Source of the DNA: a bacterium
GTDB lineage: Bacteria > Patescibacteriota > Minisyncoccia > Phycocordibacterales > UBA5272
NCBI GenBank assembly: GCA_043745785.1
Contig: JAYTSG010000004.1
Span: forward strand, 570 to 64,569
Direction of reading: 5' to 3'
Length of the DNA: 64,000 nt
Under the pieces are notes generated by a model. The model made no database searches, was not told the origin of the DNA, and worked only from the letters and a program-made list of their open reading frames with translations. Below are positions 39,786-50,912 of this stretch, one piece after another. Both the position numbers and the translations under genes were made by a program. Every line of letters begins with the position of its first letter. Positions within the stretch are counted from its first letter, which is position 1.

Positions 39786-41015
39786 TTAGAAGGTATTAGC
39801 AAGATTAAAGATAGGGAGCATGATAGCCATAACAAGGAGTGACACCATCAAACCCATACCAACGATCATGATTGGCTCAATAAGACCAATAGTAGAATCA
39901 ATAGCACCGTCTACTTCTCTCTTATAAAACGACGCAAGATTTTTTAAAATATAACCGAGCTCACCTGTCTCTTCACCAATTTTCGCCATCTGCGTCAGTA
40001 TACGAGGTACATCATCTTCTTCAGAAAGTGCTTGAGAAAAGGTCATACCATTTTGCACTTTATCGGAAACTCTAAAAAGAAGGTCATGGTAAATAACATT
40101 CTCGACTACGTCTGCCGTAATCTCAATAGAGCGAACAATAGGCACCCCACTCGTCAGCATCGTATTCATGTTATCAGACAATCGTGCGAGGAATATCTTT
40201 TGTGTTAAATCTTTTATAGCGGGCATTTTTGTAGAAAGTTTATCAAAGAAATAATGACCACTTTTTGTTCTCGAAAATAAAACTACTCCCCAGCCGCCGC
40301 CTATAACTATAGGAAAAATAATATAGGCATTGTGTTGTACAAACTCACTCATGGCAAGAATAATACGGGTAATGGCAGGAAGGTCTGCTTTATTATCAAA
40401 CATTGACGCCATCTTTGGAATAACGAAGGTAAACATACCCAGGAGTATAAAAATAAAGACAACAACGACAAAAATTGGATACATAAGTGCCTTTTTTGTT
40501 TTCTGTTTGAGCTCATAATCACGGTCGAGAGAATCTGCAAGATAGAGAAAAGATTCATTGAGCTTTCCACTTTCTTCCCCTGCTTTTACCATACTCACGT
40601 AAAAGGTTGAAAAAAGATCTGGCTCTTTGAGCATGGCATCCGACATAGACATACCTGTTTGTATATCATCAGCCACCGAATTGAGTCTCTTAACGAGTGT
40701 TTTATTTGGGTTTTCTGCAGCCAGCATCGTAAAAGCTTTCAGCGCTGACACACCAGCTTCAAAGAGTGTTGATATTTGTCTCGAGAAAATAACAATATCT
40801 TTTGGTTTGATACTTGGTTCAAAAATAGCGAGAGATATTTTAAAAGGAGGATTTTCAGGCTCTGCTTGTGCTAACTCTACTTTCTTTTCTTCTATATCAG
40901 TTACGACAATACCATTTGTCTGAAGTTCAGCGACAGCTTCATCGTGGCTAACACTTTCTATGTCTCCTGTTTGCTCAATTCCATCTGCTTTCACTCCTTT
41001 GAATGTAAAAAACAT
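39786..41015 (-). CDS. pilC: Type IV pilus platform protein PilC/GspF
   Basis: FSRQISTL, AGEESGKL, GEETGEL, LIEP. Confidence 0.95.
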   Translation of the reverse strand: MFFTFKGVKADGIEQTGDIESVSHDEAVAELQTNGIVVTDIEEKKVELAQAEPENPPFKISLAIFEPSIKPKDIVIFSRQISTLFEAGVSALKAFTMLAAENPNKTLVKRLNSVADDIQTGMSMSDAMLKEPDLFSTFYVSMVKAGEESGKLNESFLYLADSLDRDYELKQKTKKALMYPIFVVVVFIFILLGMFTFVIPKMASMFDNKADLPAITRIILAMSEFVQHNAYIIFPIVIGGGWGVVLFSRTKSGHYFFDKLSTKMPAIKDLTQKIFLARLSDNMNTMLTSGVPIVRSIEITADVVENVIYHDLLFRVSDKVQNGMTFSQALSEEDDVPRILTQMAKIGEETGELGYILKNLASFYKREVDGAIDSTIGLIEPIMIVGMGLMVSLLVMAIMLPIFNLANTF

Positions 41016-41021
41016 ACAGTA

Positions 41022-42080
41022 TTAAAAAAGTCTCTTAAGTAACGATGGGTTACGACTACGTTCGAGAGCAACGTCCGGAAGGACTTCCCCCCTACGCACA
41101 AGATCAGCGAGACAACGATTAAGATCTATCATGCCATCCCCCGAACCCGTTTCTATAACTACGTCTATTTCGTGTGTTCTTTTTTCACGAATAAGATTCG
41201 AGACTGCATTATTATTAATAAGAAGCTCGTACGCAGGCACCAGCCCTCCAGACGCACGGGGAAGTAGTCTTTGGGAAAAAATACCGAGTAGTGATGCGGC
41301 GAGCTGTATGCGAATTTGATCTTGCCCATCTGACGGGAAAGAGTCAATAATTCTGTCGACTGCTTGGGCAGCACTGTTGGTGTGTAGCGTCGAGAGGACT
41401 AAGTGTCCTGTCTCAGCTGCCGTCACCGCAGTCGAAATAGTATTTTTATCGCGCATTTCACCAATAAGTATCACATCTACATCTTGTCTAAAAGCGGAAA
41501 CAAGAGCTGTACTAAAGTCTGCTGTATCAATACCTACTTCACGCTGATCAATCATTGACTTATCATGCTCAAAAACGAATTCTATCGGGTCTTCGATGGT
41601 TACAATGTGTTTTTTTGTTTCTTTATTGATTTGGTCGACCATCGAAGCGAGCGTTGTTGATTTTCCTTGTCCTACTGAACCAACGACAAGAAAAAATCCT
41701 TGCCTTGCCCTTGCCATTTGACTAATTTGAGAAGGAAGACTCAAATCATTTAATTGCCTTGCACGTGGTATGAGACGAAGAGCAACAGCTACAGAACCTT
41801 TTTGGAAAAATGCATTCCCTCGAAAACGATACTCCCCTTTATGGTTATAAGAAAAATCAAGTTCTTGTCTCACAACAAAGTTAGTAAAGACACGTTCACT
41901 GACCATCTGCCTTAATAAGCCTGCTGTATCTTCAGCAGTAAGTTGTTTTCGTTTCAGTAATGGAATCAAATCTCCATTCATACGAATAGTCGGAAATGTT
42001 CCAACAGTAATATGGAGGTCGGAGCCTCCTTCTTTAATAACTGTCATAATGAGTTCATCTAACTCTTGTGTGTAATTCAT
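41022..42080 (-). CDS. pilT: Type IV pilus retraction ATPase
   Basis: SDLH, GQGKSTT, TIEDPIE, GEMRD, AAETGHLV.STLH, AVSNLIRE. Confidence 0.93.
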   Translation of the reverse strand: MNYTQELDELIMTVIKEGGSDLHITVGTFPTIRMNGDLIPLLKRKQLTAEDTAGLLRQMVSERVFTNFVVRQELDFSYNHKGEYRFRGNAFFQKGSVAVALRLIPRARQLNDLSLPSQISQMARARQGFFLVVGSVGQGKSTTLASMVDQINKETKKHIVTIEDPIEFVFEHDKSMIDQREVGIDTADFSTALVSAFRQDVDVILIGEMRDKNTISTAVTAAETGHLVLSTLHTNSAAQAVDRIIDSFPSDGQDQIRIQLAASLLGIFSQRLLPRASGGLVPAYELLINNNAVSNLIREKRTHEIDVVIETGSGDGMIDLNRCLADLVRRGEVLPDVALERSRNPSLLKRLF

Positions 42081-42106
42081 AGTGACAGTATAGCAAGAGT
42101 TATGAA

Positions 42107-43852
42107 TTAAAGACTGTTAATTTCTTCAAAGGGAACTTTTTGCTGTATGCACTTTATCATCGCATCTTCACGGAGTGTCATCATTCCATTCTTTCTGGCA
42201 ATCATTTTTAATTCATCTTCTCTTTTTTGCTGTATAATAGCCTGTTCAAGTTCAGTATCAATGGTAAGAATTTCAAAAACAGGAATACGACCTTTCATTC
42301 CCGTTGGATATTCATCATTTCCTTCTGCTTCAGTAAAAGGTTTATCAAGAGGCAGTATACTTCTAAAAGATTCTGGTAAATCTTTAAACTCATCTTGTGC
42401 CATCGTTATCAATGCTGGAGTCATCTCCATCGTTTTAGCACAGCCTGGCGCCACACCACGGACCAGACGCTGACCGATGGCAGCGTTTAATACTGGAGCA
42501 ATAAGGTAAGGTTCGATTCCCATATCAAGTAGTCGCGTTACAACACCGATAGCACTATTGGTGTGAATTGTCGAAAACACCAAGTGACCAGTAAGTGCAG
42601 CCTGTATCGCAAGACCTGCAGTCTCAGCATCTCGAATTTCTCCTACCAGAATCACATCAGGATCTTGACGAAGTATAGAGCGGAGTCCTGATGCAAAGGT
42701 ATAACCAATTTCAGGAAACACCTGAGATTGGTTAATCCCCGCAATGTTGTATTCGATAGGATCTTCCAGAGACACTACATTACGATGTTCCTTATCTACC
42801 TGTCCAAGCATCGAGTAAAGTGTTGTCGTTTTACCAGAACCAGTCGGACCAGAAACGAGAATAATACCATATGGTTTTCCTATGGCTACTTGTATTTGAG
42901 ACCAGTGTTGCTTCGAGAGACCTACAGTGTCCAGTGGTCTAATACCTTTATGACTATCCAAAATACGAAGCACAACCTTTTCACCATAATAACCTGGAAA
43001 AGTTGAAACACGATAATCCACTTTGTACTCATTTAATTTTGTACTAAAACGTCCGTCTTGTGGTTTTCTTTTTTCATCAAGCTTAATAGAGCAAAGAATT
43101 TTAATCCTGGCAATAAGTACTGCATGAAAAGTTGGAGGCATAACAAGTACCTGCTCAAGAGATCCATCGATACGACATCTCACACGTACATTTGGTCCGA
43201 CATGCTCTATATGAATATCAGAAGCATTATGGGTTAATGCAAATTTAAGCACTTGATTAAAAATTTCTGGTATTGGTTGTTCGAGGAGATGTTCATCTTT
43301 CAGGTCACCACTATACTCCGTGAGATCTGCAACGCCGTCAGCATCTTTTTTTGGTTCCCCTTCTTTCTTTTTTATTTCTGTATTTGGCTTTGCTATCGCA
43401 GCAGGAGTTTCTTTCGTTTCAAGTGATTTCAATAAGCGAGTATACTCAAGATATTTTGCCTCTGAAATAATAAAAAGTTTATAGACAGTCAACTTTTGAC
43501 TAAAAATAAACTGTAGAGCTGAGAGGGCGTTAGAGAACTCAGGGTCAACAAGGCCAACAGACAGCACCTGATCATCGAGCATAAGTGGTACCGCTTTATA
43601 TTGTTTTGTCTGCTCCAGACTAATGGTAGCTAGCAAAGCGTCGCTCTTTTTTACTTCTCCCACATACACAGGAAGACCGTACAAAAGTGACCGAGCTTCG
43701 GCCACATCTTCTTCTTTAATTCCTTTTTCAATCAAAATCGTATCAATTGATTTACCTGTCCCTTGCGAAAAGACACGGTCAATCTCTTTTGAAACGACTT
43801 CAGTTATTTTATTTTGACTAACGAGAAGATCGAGAAGGAGCATAGGTTTCAA
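42107..43852 (-). CDS. pilB: Type IV pilus assembly ATPase PilB/GspE
   Basis: ASDIH, PQDG, GPTGSGKTT, LRQDPD, GEIRD; N-terminal domain present; start may be 43843. Confidence 0.93.
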   Translation of the reverse strand: MKPMLLLDLLVSQNKITEVVSKEIDRVFSQGTGKSIDTILIEKGIKEEDVAEARSLLYGLPVYVGEVKKSDALLATISLEQTKQYKAVPLMLDDQVLSVGLVDPEFSNALSALQFIFSQKLTVYKLFIISEAKYLEYTRLLKSLETKETPAAIAKPNTEIKKKEGEPKKDADGVADLTEYSGDLKDEHLLEQPIPEIFNQVLKFALTHNASDIHIEHVGPNVRVRCRIDGSLEQVLVMPPTFHAVLIARIKILCSIKLDEKRKPQDGRFSTKLNEYKVDYRVSTFPGYYGEKVVLRILDSHKGIRPLDTVGLSKQHWSQIQVAIGKPYGIILVSGPTGSGKTTTLYSMLGQVDKEHRNVVSLEDPIEYNIAGINQSQVFPEIGYTFASGLRSILRQDPDVILVGEIRDAETAGLAIQAALTGHLVFSTIHTNSAIGVVTRLLDMGIEPYLIAPVLNAAIGQRLVRGVAPGCAKTMEMTPALITMAQDEFKDLPESFRSILPLDKPFTEAEGNDEYPTGMKGRIPVFEILTIDTELEQAIIQQKREDELKMIARKNGMMTLREDAMIKCIQQKVPFEEINSL

Positions 43853-44177
43853 AAGGATTAGTACGTCCTTTTGGACCTTCTATTATTTGTGTTATGTGCT
43901 CTGTATTATCTTTTAATCCTTCAATATTTTTTTTCAGTATCTCAGAACCATCGAAAGTCACTCCAGTCTGAGCTTTTAGAGCCTCTATTTCTGGACTTAA
44001 AGGTACTGATTGTGCTTTTGCTGGTTCTTGTAAACTTAAGAGATTAACAGAAAAAAAGTAACCATAGACAGCGAAGAAGATTACAACAATAAAGGTATAA
44101 ATAACACCTTGAAATGCCTCAAATCTCTTGGTGACATTACTCACTATTGGTTTGTTTTTTAGGTCGATTATTTGCAT
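43818..44177 (-). CDS. Single-TM hypothetical protein in pil cluster (PilP position)
   Basis: One TM; C-terminal GRTNPF motif; lies between pilO and pilB. Confidence 0.6.
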   Translation of the reverse strand: MQIIDLKNKPIVSNVTKRFEAFQGVIYTFIVVIFFAVYGYFFSVNLLSLQEPAKAQSVPLSPEIEALKAQTGVTFDGSEILKKNIEGLKDNTEHITQIIEGPKGRTNPFETYAPSRSSR

Positions 44178-44178
44178 A

Positions 44179-44751
44179 TTATCGTAATTTATAGACATCC
44201 ACTAAGACATCCATGTCATAGATTGGATTAAGACTATCTGAAGGTGAAACTAACTTAACACTCTTTACCGACATAAACCGTAAGTTCTCCTCGAAGGAAA
44301 CAATAAGGTTTTTCAGGGACTCATAAGATCCTTTTACTTTAAAAGAAAGAGTTAAAGTCTTAACTCCATTAAGATCTGCCGATTGAGAAACTATTATTTT
44401 CCCTGGATCAAGTCCATTTTTTTCAACTAAAGTAGTGACTTCACTCACTAACGGCAGTTCTTCAACTGTGTCAGGTATAGACTTTTGTACTGTTGTGATA
44501 ATACTTTTATCTACGCTTTTATAAGCAGTTTGGAGTTTTTCATATTTTGCAATAAGGTCTTTTGACTGAACTATTGTCGTATCATACATTCCAATTTGTC
44601 CACGGTAAGCATTGATAGAAGTAGCCTCCGTTGCTGGGTTGTAAAAATCAAAACCTTTACCCGAAAAGAGTGGGTTCCAGAAAAGTACGAACAAGCCAGC
44701 AGGTATTGCTGCAAGGATGAGGCTGAATAAAACTGTGTCTTTAGTGGTCAT
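44179..44751 (-). CDS. pilO: PilO-like alignment protein
   Basis: TM plus coiled coil; VKGSYESLKNLIVSFEENLRFMSV. Confidence 0.75.
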   Translation of the reverse strand: MTTKDTVLFSLILAAIPAGLFVLFWNPLFSGKGFDFYNPATEATSINAYRGQIGMYDTTIVQSKDLIAKYEKLQTAYKSVDKSIITTVQKSIPDTVEELPLVSEVTTLVEKNGLDPGKIIVSQSADLNGVKTLTLSFKVKGSYESLKNLIVSFEENLRFMSVKSVKLVSPSDSLNPIYDMDVLVDVYKLR

Positions 44752-44752
44752 A

Positions 44753-45535
44753 TTAAATAGTATTGTTAGTCACTGGCGCCGAAGATGAAGAGTGCTCCGT
44801 TTTCACTTTTGTGCTTGTGGAAGTTACTGTTTTAAAGGTTGTCGCTTCATTTACTACTGGAGTTATAACTACAGGCATTTTATCTATGTCTTGATCATTG
44901 GTGCTTTGTCTAACAGGTTTACTCAGATCAATGAGAACATTCGTTTTTGAGAATCTACCTACTGAAATTTGCATTTTCATGGTAAATTTAACCCCACCAT
45001 TTATAGTATTTAAATCGTAAGAACTGACAACAACATCTGAGACATAATTAGAATATTCTTTTGAACGAAAAATATCACGCTGTGCGATAAGATCCTGAAA
45101 AGACTTTGCACTTCCGGTAAGTGTCACTGTGTAAGACTTTGTACCCTCAATTCTCACCGCAACCATATCGGTAAGAGTGATTCCTCGAATAATAGCCTGC
45201 TCAAGTATCGTAAATAAACTATACGAAGAAGGAGCATTATTAAAAATAGCAGAGAAGGCTTTGATTCTTCCAGAAAAATCTTGCATTGTCTGTAGAGTGA
45301 CATCACTAGTAAAGACAACTTTACTCAAATTTTCTTTCTTACTATTATTCTGTGTTTCATAACTACTTTTCATATAAAAAGCGTACCCAACAAGACTTCC
45401 GGCAACAATATTCAAAAATATAAGACCAAAAACAAGTATAAGTGGCGACTTATCTGTCTTTGGTACACCCAAAGCAGAGCCTGCACTAAATGGTGAGCCT
45501 GCTGGTACTGATTGATTTTGATTGATGGTAAACAT
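44753..45535 (-). CDS. pilN: PilN-like alignment protein
   Basis: TM; LTGSAKSF...GVKFTM; position between pilM and pilO. Confidence 0.65.
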   Translation of the reverse strand: MFTINQNQSVPAGSPFSAGSALGVPKTDKSPLILVFGLIFLNIVAGSLVGYAFYMKSSYETQNNSKKENLSKVVFTSDVTLQTMQDFSGRIKAFSAIFNNAPSSYSLFTILEQAIIRGITLTDMVAVRIEGTKSYTVTLTGSAKSFQDLIAQRDIFRSKEYSNYVSDVVVSSYDLNTINGGVKFTMKMQISVGRFSKTNVLIDLSKPVRQSTNDQDIDKMPVVITPVVNEATTFKTVTSTSTKVKTEHSSSSAPVTNNTI

Positions 45536-45537
45536 AA

Positions 45538-46605
45538 TTATTCTGCTTCAAAAGCTTTAAGTGCCAAGCCGACACTCACAGCATACGTAGGACCAACTCG
45601 TCGCAACATTTCCTTAAGGAAAGCTGGTGTTTCTATTTTCGTAAAGGGATCAGCGATGACTAACTTACCTTTGAGTACCTCTCCTGCTACTTCTAGTATT
45701 CCTGGTACTCTTGCTCCAGCACCAGTAAAAACAATTTTATCTACTATTTGATTATACTTTCTTTCATACATAAGTAAAAGGCGTCCTATATCACCAAACA
45801 GTGGATAAGTCGAAAGTTTCATGACTTCTGCTATATATTTATTCGAAGGATCTCCAGTATAACCGACTTCACGTTTATATCTCTCACTTTCATCTTCAGA
45901 CATAGAGAGCGCTTTAGAGAGTTGCATAGTGCTTTCCTGAGACCCTCGAGGTATGAGATGTACATCGAGGATCACACTTTTATGAACAAGAATAACAGTT
46001 GAATATTGGGCCCCAATATCAAGTATAATACTAAAGGGATCGTTATCAAGCAGGCTACGATTTAAACTAAATGCCTCAATCTCAAAGAGAGGTTCTGTTG
46101 TTCCAAGTCTCTGAGCTATTCTACTGTAGAGGGTGAGAGTCTCATGCTTGATAGCTGCAAGTACTACTTGTAGTATTTGTGGATTAGCTTCAAACATACC
46201 AGCAGGAATAAGCCAGTGATCAATATCAACAGTAGAAAGAGGTACTGGTAAAAACTTTCGAGCTTCAAAAGCAAGAGCTGTAGGTATGTCTTCTGCTGCT
46301 GATTTCGGTAGTGGTATAGTGGTCACAAATGTTGACGCAGGGTCAACAGAATAAATAGCTCTCTTGGCCGTTATTTTTGCTTCTTTAAAAAGAGTGACGA
46401 CAGCACCCACAATAAGATCTTCCCCCGCACTAATAGCTCTTCCATCTGTTTGTCCATGTAATGAACCAAGAAAAATCTCACCGTATGTAACGAGTTTTAT
46501 TTTTCCATCTTCTTTCTTGAGCTGTACTGCTTTAATCGATGATTTTCCTATATCAATGCCTACAACATGTCCCGTGTCATTTTTTGAAAAAAAAGATAGA
46601 CTCAT
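45538..46605 (-). CDS. pilM: PilM actin-like pilus assembly protein
   Basis: VGIDIGKSSIKAVQL, LDIGA, FTGAGA, YAVSVGLAL; start ATG 46605. Confidence 0.92.
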   Translation of the reverse strand: MSLSFFSKNDTGHVVGIDIGKSSIKAVQLKKEDGKIKLVTYGEIFLGSLHGQTDGRAISAGEDLIVGAVVTLFKEAKITAKRAIYSVDPASTFVTTIPLPKSAAEDIPTALAFEARKFLPVPLSTVDIDHWLIPAGMFEANPQILQVVLAAIKHETLTLYSRIAQRLGTTEPLFEIEAFSLNRSLLDNDPFSIILDIGAQYSTVILVHKSVILDVHLIPRGSQESTMQLSKALSMSEDESERYKREVGYTGDPSNKYIAEVMKLSTYPLFGDIGRLLLMYERKYNQIVDKIVFTGAGARVPGILEVAGEVLKGKLVIADPFTKIETPAFLKEMLRRVGPTYAVSVGLALKAFEAE

Positions 46606-46650
46606 AGTTAAAGTATACCACTCTCTTCCTATAAAAAATGTAGACAAACT

Positions 46651-47271
46651 ATGAACAAAATAATTGACTCTTTCTTCCCTCTCTCCTGCACATTTTGTCA
46701 TCTTAAAAACTTGAGTATTTGTACTACTTGTCTTTACTCACTTAAGCGCTCTACCCTTGATCCTTTAATTGACACCTTTGCGCTCTTTTCTTACCAGGAT
46801 AAACAAGTGAAATTAGTATTACAGCGTGCGAAATACTCACATCAATTCTCACTCTATCAACCACTTTCTAAGTATCTTGCAGAGAAGCTGCCTCAAACGT
46901 ATCTTACAGAAAATGAAAAACTAGTAGTTATCCCTATGCCTATGCATTTCCTTCGCCGTTTATTCCGAGGTCAAAATCATGCCGAACATATAGCACGACA
47001 TTTTGCGGAGTCACTTCACCTACCTTATACTCATAAGCTACTTTTTAAAGTAAAATACACTAGGAGGCAGGCACTACTTAGTCGCAGTCAAAGAGCTACT
47101 CAACAAAAAAATTCTTTTTCAGTGAAAGCGTCCTCGATGATTGATCTACAAGACTTTACCATTATTCTTATTGATGACATCGTGACAACAGGAAGTACCA
47201 TTCTTGAAGCAAAAAAGACACTTGAACTGGCAGGTGCTAAAAAAGTTATCACTGTTGTCCTCGCACATTAG
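46651..47271 (+). CDS. comF: ComF family competence protein (zinc ribbon plus PRTase)
   Basis: CTFC/CTTC, IPMP, RGQN, LIDDIVTTGST. Confidence 0.9.
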   Translation: MNKIIDSFFPLSCTFCHLKNLSICTTCLYSLKRSTLDPLIDTFALFSYQDKQVKLVLQRAKYSHQFSLYQPLSKYLAEKLPQTYLTENEKLVVIPMPMHFLRRLFRGQNHAEHIARHFAESLHLPYTHKLLFKVKYTRRQALLSRSQRATQQKNSFSVKASSMIDLQDFTIILIDDIVTTGSTILEAKKTLELAGAKKVITVVLAH

Positions 47272-47562
47272 AGATACCTTTTTATAGATTATTTTTCTAG
47301 ATACACCACATTATGGAAATAGTTCGTTAGGTAACTATTCAATATAACCATTACATTTTACTCTCTTACTTTCTTCTTTTTTACAGAATACTTTCCGTAA
47401 ATATTTGAAAGCTGATCCAAGACATACCTTTACTAAGTTAGCTTAGAAGAGTTAGAAATTGACCACAACTTCAAACAAAAAATACTAACACAGTATGAAT
47501 ACAGACCTACTTGTTTTGAAGATATCAAGAATACTTAGTTCCGAGGTTTGTACATAAAGATA

Positions 47563-48528
47563 TTATTCGCTATCATAGGAAAAATCTCCTTCATAATTCT
47601 GTAGCGCATCAAAGATGGGGTCAAGATAGCCGATCATTATTTTTGGTAGCCCATGCCATGATTCTTTGATACGGTGATCAGTAATTCTATCTTGTGGGAA
47701 ATTATACGTACGCACTTTTTCACTTCTATCCCCTGTTCCTACTTGAGCCCGTTTTGCGTCGCGCACATCATCACCTTCTTTAGCTCGAGAAAGTTCATCG
47801 AGCTTTGCTTGTAACATCGCGAGAGCTCGTTCTTTATTTTTAAGCTGACTACGCTCAATAGTACAACGTATGGCAATACCTGTTGGTTTATGTATAACTC
47901 TTACTGCAGTCTCTACCTTGTTCACATTTTGACCACCAGCACCCCCAGAACGAGATGTTTCAAATTCAAGATCTGCTGGACTAATAGTCACTTTCTTTGC
48001 TTCTTGGAGTGGTAACACTGAGACAGTAATAGTCGAAGTATGTATTCGTCCATTTTTCTCTGTGTCAGGAATTCTCTGTACACGGTGCACCCCACCTTCG
48101 TATTCAAAATATTTCCACGCATCTTTACCTCGTATTTCGAAGGTGACCGATTTATACCCTCCGACATCACTTTGATTTTCATCTACTTTTTCAAAAGCGA
48201 TTTTATGCATTTCACAAAAAGCAGAATAAGCACCCGTCAGTTCAGCTGCAAAAAGAGTTGCCTCATCTCCTCCTGTACCTGCTTGTACTTCCATAATGAG
48301 CGCCTTAGGTATACTTGTCTCCTCTTTTTCTTTTTCAAAAGTATCTTCCATTTGTTTCCAAAGATTTTCTTTTTGAATACTGAGTTCTCCCAGTTCTCCT
48401 TCCGCCATTTCTTTCATGCTGTCATCGGATAAAAGATCTTCTGCTTCAGCAATAGAAACTAGTATCCTTTCATACTCACTGGCAATATACATAGTTCTAG
48501 GGCTGTTTTTAAAATCGTCGAGTGTCAT
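47563..48528 (-). CDS. prfA: Peptide chain release factor 1
   Basis: [12 protein letters not shown] (PxT), [19 protein letters not shown]. Confidence 0.95.
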   Translation of the reverse strand: MTLDDFKNSPRTMYIASEYERILVSIAEAEDLLSDDSMKEMAEGELGELSIQKENLWKQMEDTFEKEKEETSIPKALIMEVQAGTGGDEATLFAAELTGAYSAFCEMHKIAFEKVDENQSDVGGYKSVTFEIRGKDAWKYFEYEGGVHRVQRIPDTEKNGRIHTSTITVSVLPLQEAKKVTISPADLEFETSRSGGAGGQNVNKVETAVRVIHKPTGIAIRCTIERSQLKNKERALAMLQAKLDELSRAKEGDDVRDAKRAQVGTGDRSEKVRTYNFPQDRITDHRIKESWHGLPKIMIGYLDPIFDALQNYEGDFSYDSE

Positions 48529-48551
48529 ACTGTTTATACTATGTTAGAAAA

Positions 48552-48585
48552 ACAAAAACATCAAAGAAATCTTTGATGTTTTTGT
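48552..48585. terminator. Terminator after rpmE
   Basis: ACAAAAACATCAAAGA-aa-TCTTTGATGTTTTTGT. Confidence 0.75.
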
Positions 48586-48588
48586 GAG

Positions 48589-48798
48589 TTAAGCTTTCTT
48601 TGCAAGCACTCTTTTCTTGAACTTATCAACACGTCCTGTAATATCAAGTACTTTTTCGAGTCCTGTATAAAAAGGATGGCACGTAGCACAGATCTCCACA
48701 GAGATAGTTTCCTGTGTTGAACCAACGGTATATGTTGCTCCACAGGCACATGTCGCAATAGCTTCCGGATAGTACTTTGGGTGAATATCAGTTTTCAT
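48589..48798 (-). CDS. rpmE: 50S ribosomal protein L31 (zinc type)
   Basis: [29 protein letters not shown]. Confidence 0.97.
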   Translation of the reverse strand: MKTDIHPKYYPEAIATCACGATYTVGSTQETISVEICATCHPFYTGLEKVLDITGRVDKFKKRVLAKKA

Positions 48799-48821
48799 AG
48801 TGTAGAGATTATAACACAATC

Positions 48822-50162
48822 TTAGGATTTCTGCAAAGTGTCGATATCTGTCTGTATGGAGTAGACCCGCCTCATAACCTGATTACCATACTGAGCTCCA
48901 TCATTACTTTTTGAACACGATGAGCCCGAATAATATTTACAAGCTGCAGTTCTTTCTGTTGTCTCATTACCAGAAACAGCTCCAAGATCAGAGAGATATA
49001 TTGCTGTTGCTGTTATAGCATGATACGGTAGCCATGGATCTGCAGCAGCTCCTACATCCTGCGATATACGATTTGCAAGAATTTTCCATGTTGATGGAAT
49101 AAACTGTGAAGGCCCCATCGCCCCTCCCCATCCGTAGGGATTCCCTTTGTTATACAGTGGTATCCAACAAGAAACAGGCGTCTTTAATGGATCTCGACCG
49201 AGCTTTTGAGTAATCTCAATAAATACAGGAACGTCACGCGTTGGACTCATGGTGCGTATTTTACTAGCTCCACTTTTAATACCTATTCCATTTCCTGTTA
49301 GGTAGTCAGAGATGTAGCAAGCTCCAATGTCTTTACCGAGCTGTGACTCTTGTGTCAAAATTGCAAGTATAAGAGCCGGCCTAACTCCTGTAGCTTTAGA
49401 AGCAAGTAAAGCATAATCATATGCTTGTCCAAAAGATATATTACTGCTGTCACGCAGCGCAAATATCTTCGCACGTATTTTAGAAGCTTCAACTTGCCTA
49501 GTGGCAAGCACTTTTTTGTACTGAGTTTCTTGACCTTTAGTTTGACTAAGCAAATCATTCTTTTCTTTTTGATTCATCTCTACTCTCTTTTTTTCCACCT
49601 CTTGTATAATCTTTCTCGCCACTTCTTCATCTTTAGCATCTTGTAGTTCTGTCTTAACATCTTCAATCTTATCTTTTGACACTTTGATGTCATTAAAAGA
49701 ATGATTGATAGATTTCTCTAATGTCTGATACGAATCTCTGTCTGAGAAAAAACCAGAAAGAGTTTTTTCTTGAAGTGAATAGTCAAGTAGATTATAGGCA
49801 GTTAAATAGTTTTTCTTTCGGAAAATTTGTGCTAAAGATTCTTTTTCTCGAGCAATCTTTGCATCGAGTTCTTCAAGAGCTTTATCTTTTTCAGTAATAT
49901 TACTGTTTAATTTAAGTATCGTCGACTGGGTTGATTTTATTTTTAACTTACTCTCTGAAATTTTTTTTTCGAGAAGTTTAATATCACTTTGGAGACCCGT
50001 ACCTTTGCCACGAGCGACGCTAATATTGTCTTGTAATCCTCGTATTTCATCTTCAAGGCTCTTTAACTGATCACGAAGATCAGATTCAGTATCCGCATGA
50101 ACTGTAATGAAGGACAATACCAAGAAGAGAGGTAGTACAAAGTGGAACAGTTTATTTTTCAT
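48822..50162 (-). CDS. Secreted coiled-coil protein with C-terminal lytic transglycosylase (MltB/SLT_2-like) domain
   Basis: Signal peptide, long coiled coil, [21 protein letters not shown]. Confidence 0.82.
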   Translation of the reverse strand: MKNKLFHFVLPLFLVLSFITVHADTESDLRDQLKSLEDEIRGLQDNISVARGKGTGLQSDIKLLEKKISESKLKIKSTQSTILKLNSNITEKDKALEELDAKIAREKESLAQIFRKKNYLTAYNLLDYSLQEKTLSGFFSDRDSYQTLEKSINHSFNDIKVSKDKIEDVKTELQDAKDEEVARKIIQEVEKKRVEMNQKEKNDLLSQTKGQETQYKKVLATRQVEASKIRAKIFALRDSSNISFGQAYDYALLASKATGVRPALILAILTQESQLGKDIGACYISDYLTGNGIGIKSGASKIRTMSPTRDVPVFIEITQKLGRDPLKTPVSCWIPLYNKGNPYGWGGAMGPSQFIPSTWKILANRISQDVGAAADPWLPYHAITATAIYLSDLGAVSGNETTERTAACKYYSGSSCSKSNDGAQYGNQVMRRVYSIQTDIDTLQKS

Positions 50163-50204
50163 TGTTACTTTAGTATACCAAAAAAGTAGGTACTTTGGTG
50201 CGAT

Positions 50205-50254
50205 TGTACCCATAACAAAAAGCGAGAACTATCTCGCTTTTTGTTATGGGTACA
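50205..50254. terminator. Terminator after rplE
   Basis: TGTACCCATAACAAAAAGCGAGA...TCTCGCTTTTTGTTATGGGTACA. Confidence 0.85.
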
Positions 50255-50268
50255 CTGAAATAGTGATA

Positions 50269-50811
50269 TTACGCCTTCTTAAAAGGGATGCCGATAATTT
50301 CAAAGAAACGAGTAGCTTCTTCTTTTGTTGTTGCTGTCGTACCGACAGTAATAGCCATACCGAATACATCTTTTAAATCTTCTTCACCTACTTCTGGAAA
50401 AATAGTTTGTTCTTTGATACCAAAAGTGATATTACCCATAGAGTCAACAGAAGTACGACTGATGCCACGGAAGTCTTTTGTACGAGGAAGAGAAATATTG
50501 AGAAGTCTATCTAAAAATCCGTACATACGTTGACCACGAAGAGTCACTGCGACACCAATCTCATCACCTTCACGAATCTTAAATGAGGCATTTGACTGCT
50601 TCGCTTTTCTGACGGTAGGCTTCTGACCAGTTATCTTTGCAATTCTGTCTACGACTAGGTCATTTCTCTTACGATCTTTTTTCATCATGGTTCCTGTTGC
50701 GACAGAAACATTTATCTTGGTGAGCTTTGGAGCTGCATGGATATTTTTGTAACCAAATTCTTTCTGAAGAGTCTCGTAAGAAGCTTTTTGTTTATCTTGT
50801 ACTTTGTTCAT
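50269..50811 (-). CDS. rplE: 50S ribosomal protein L5
   Basis: ITGQKP, FKIREG, VTLRG, LPRTKDFRG, IFPE; start ATG 50811. Confidence 0.97.
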   Translation of the reverse strand: MNKVQDKQKASYETLQKEFGYKNIHAAPKLTKINVSVATGTMMKKDRKRNDLVVDRIAKITGQKPTVRKAKQSNASFKIREGDEIGVAVTLRGQRMYGFLDRLLNISLPRTKDFRGISRTSVDSMGNITFGIKEQTIFPEVGEEDLKDVFGMAITVGTTATTKEEATRFFEIIGIPFKKA

Positions 50812-50883
50812 ATGACTTTGAAGCATGATTAGCAAGGATACCCTTGCGTTATACATCGCTTTCTTAATTAATAGTGTCCGTGT

Positions 50884-50912
50884 ACTCTACCATAAAATAG
50901 AGGAAAAGACAA
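50884..50912 (-). promoter_or_regulatory. Putative dedicated promoter of rplE
   Basis: TTGTCT-17nt-TAGAGT with extended TG. Confidence 0.5.

Noticed and set aside
39680-39835. Long N-terminal extensions in the ORF track (major pilin; also 2754, 46701, 48819, 50213, 50856, 53182, 60098)
   Set aside because: Extensions run through promoters, terminators or neighbouring genes; downstream ATGs fit family N-termini and promoter spacing
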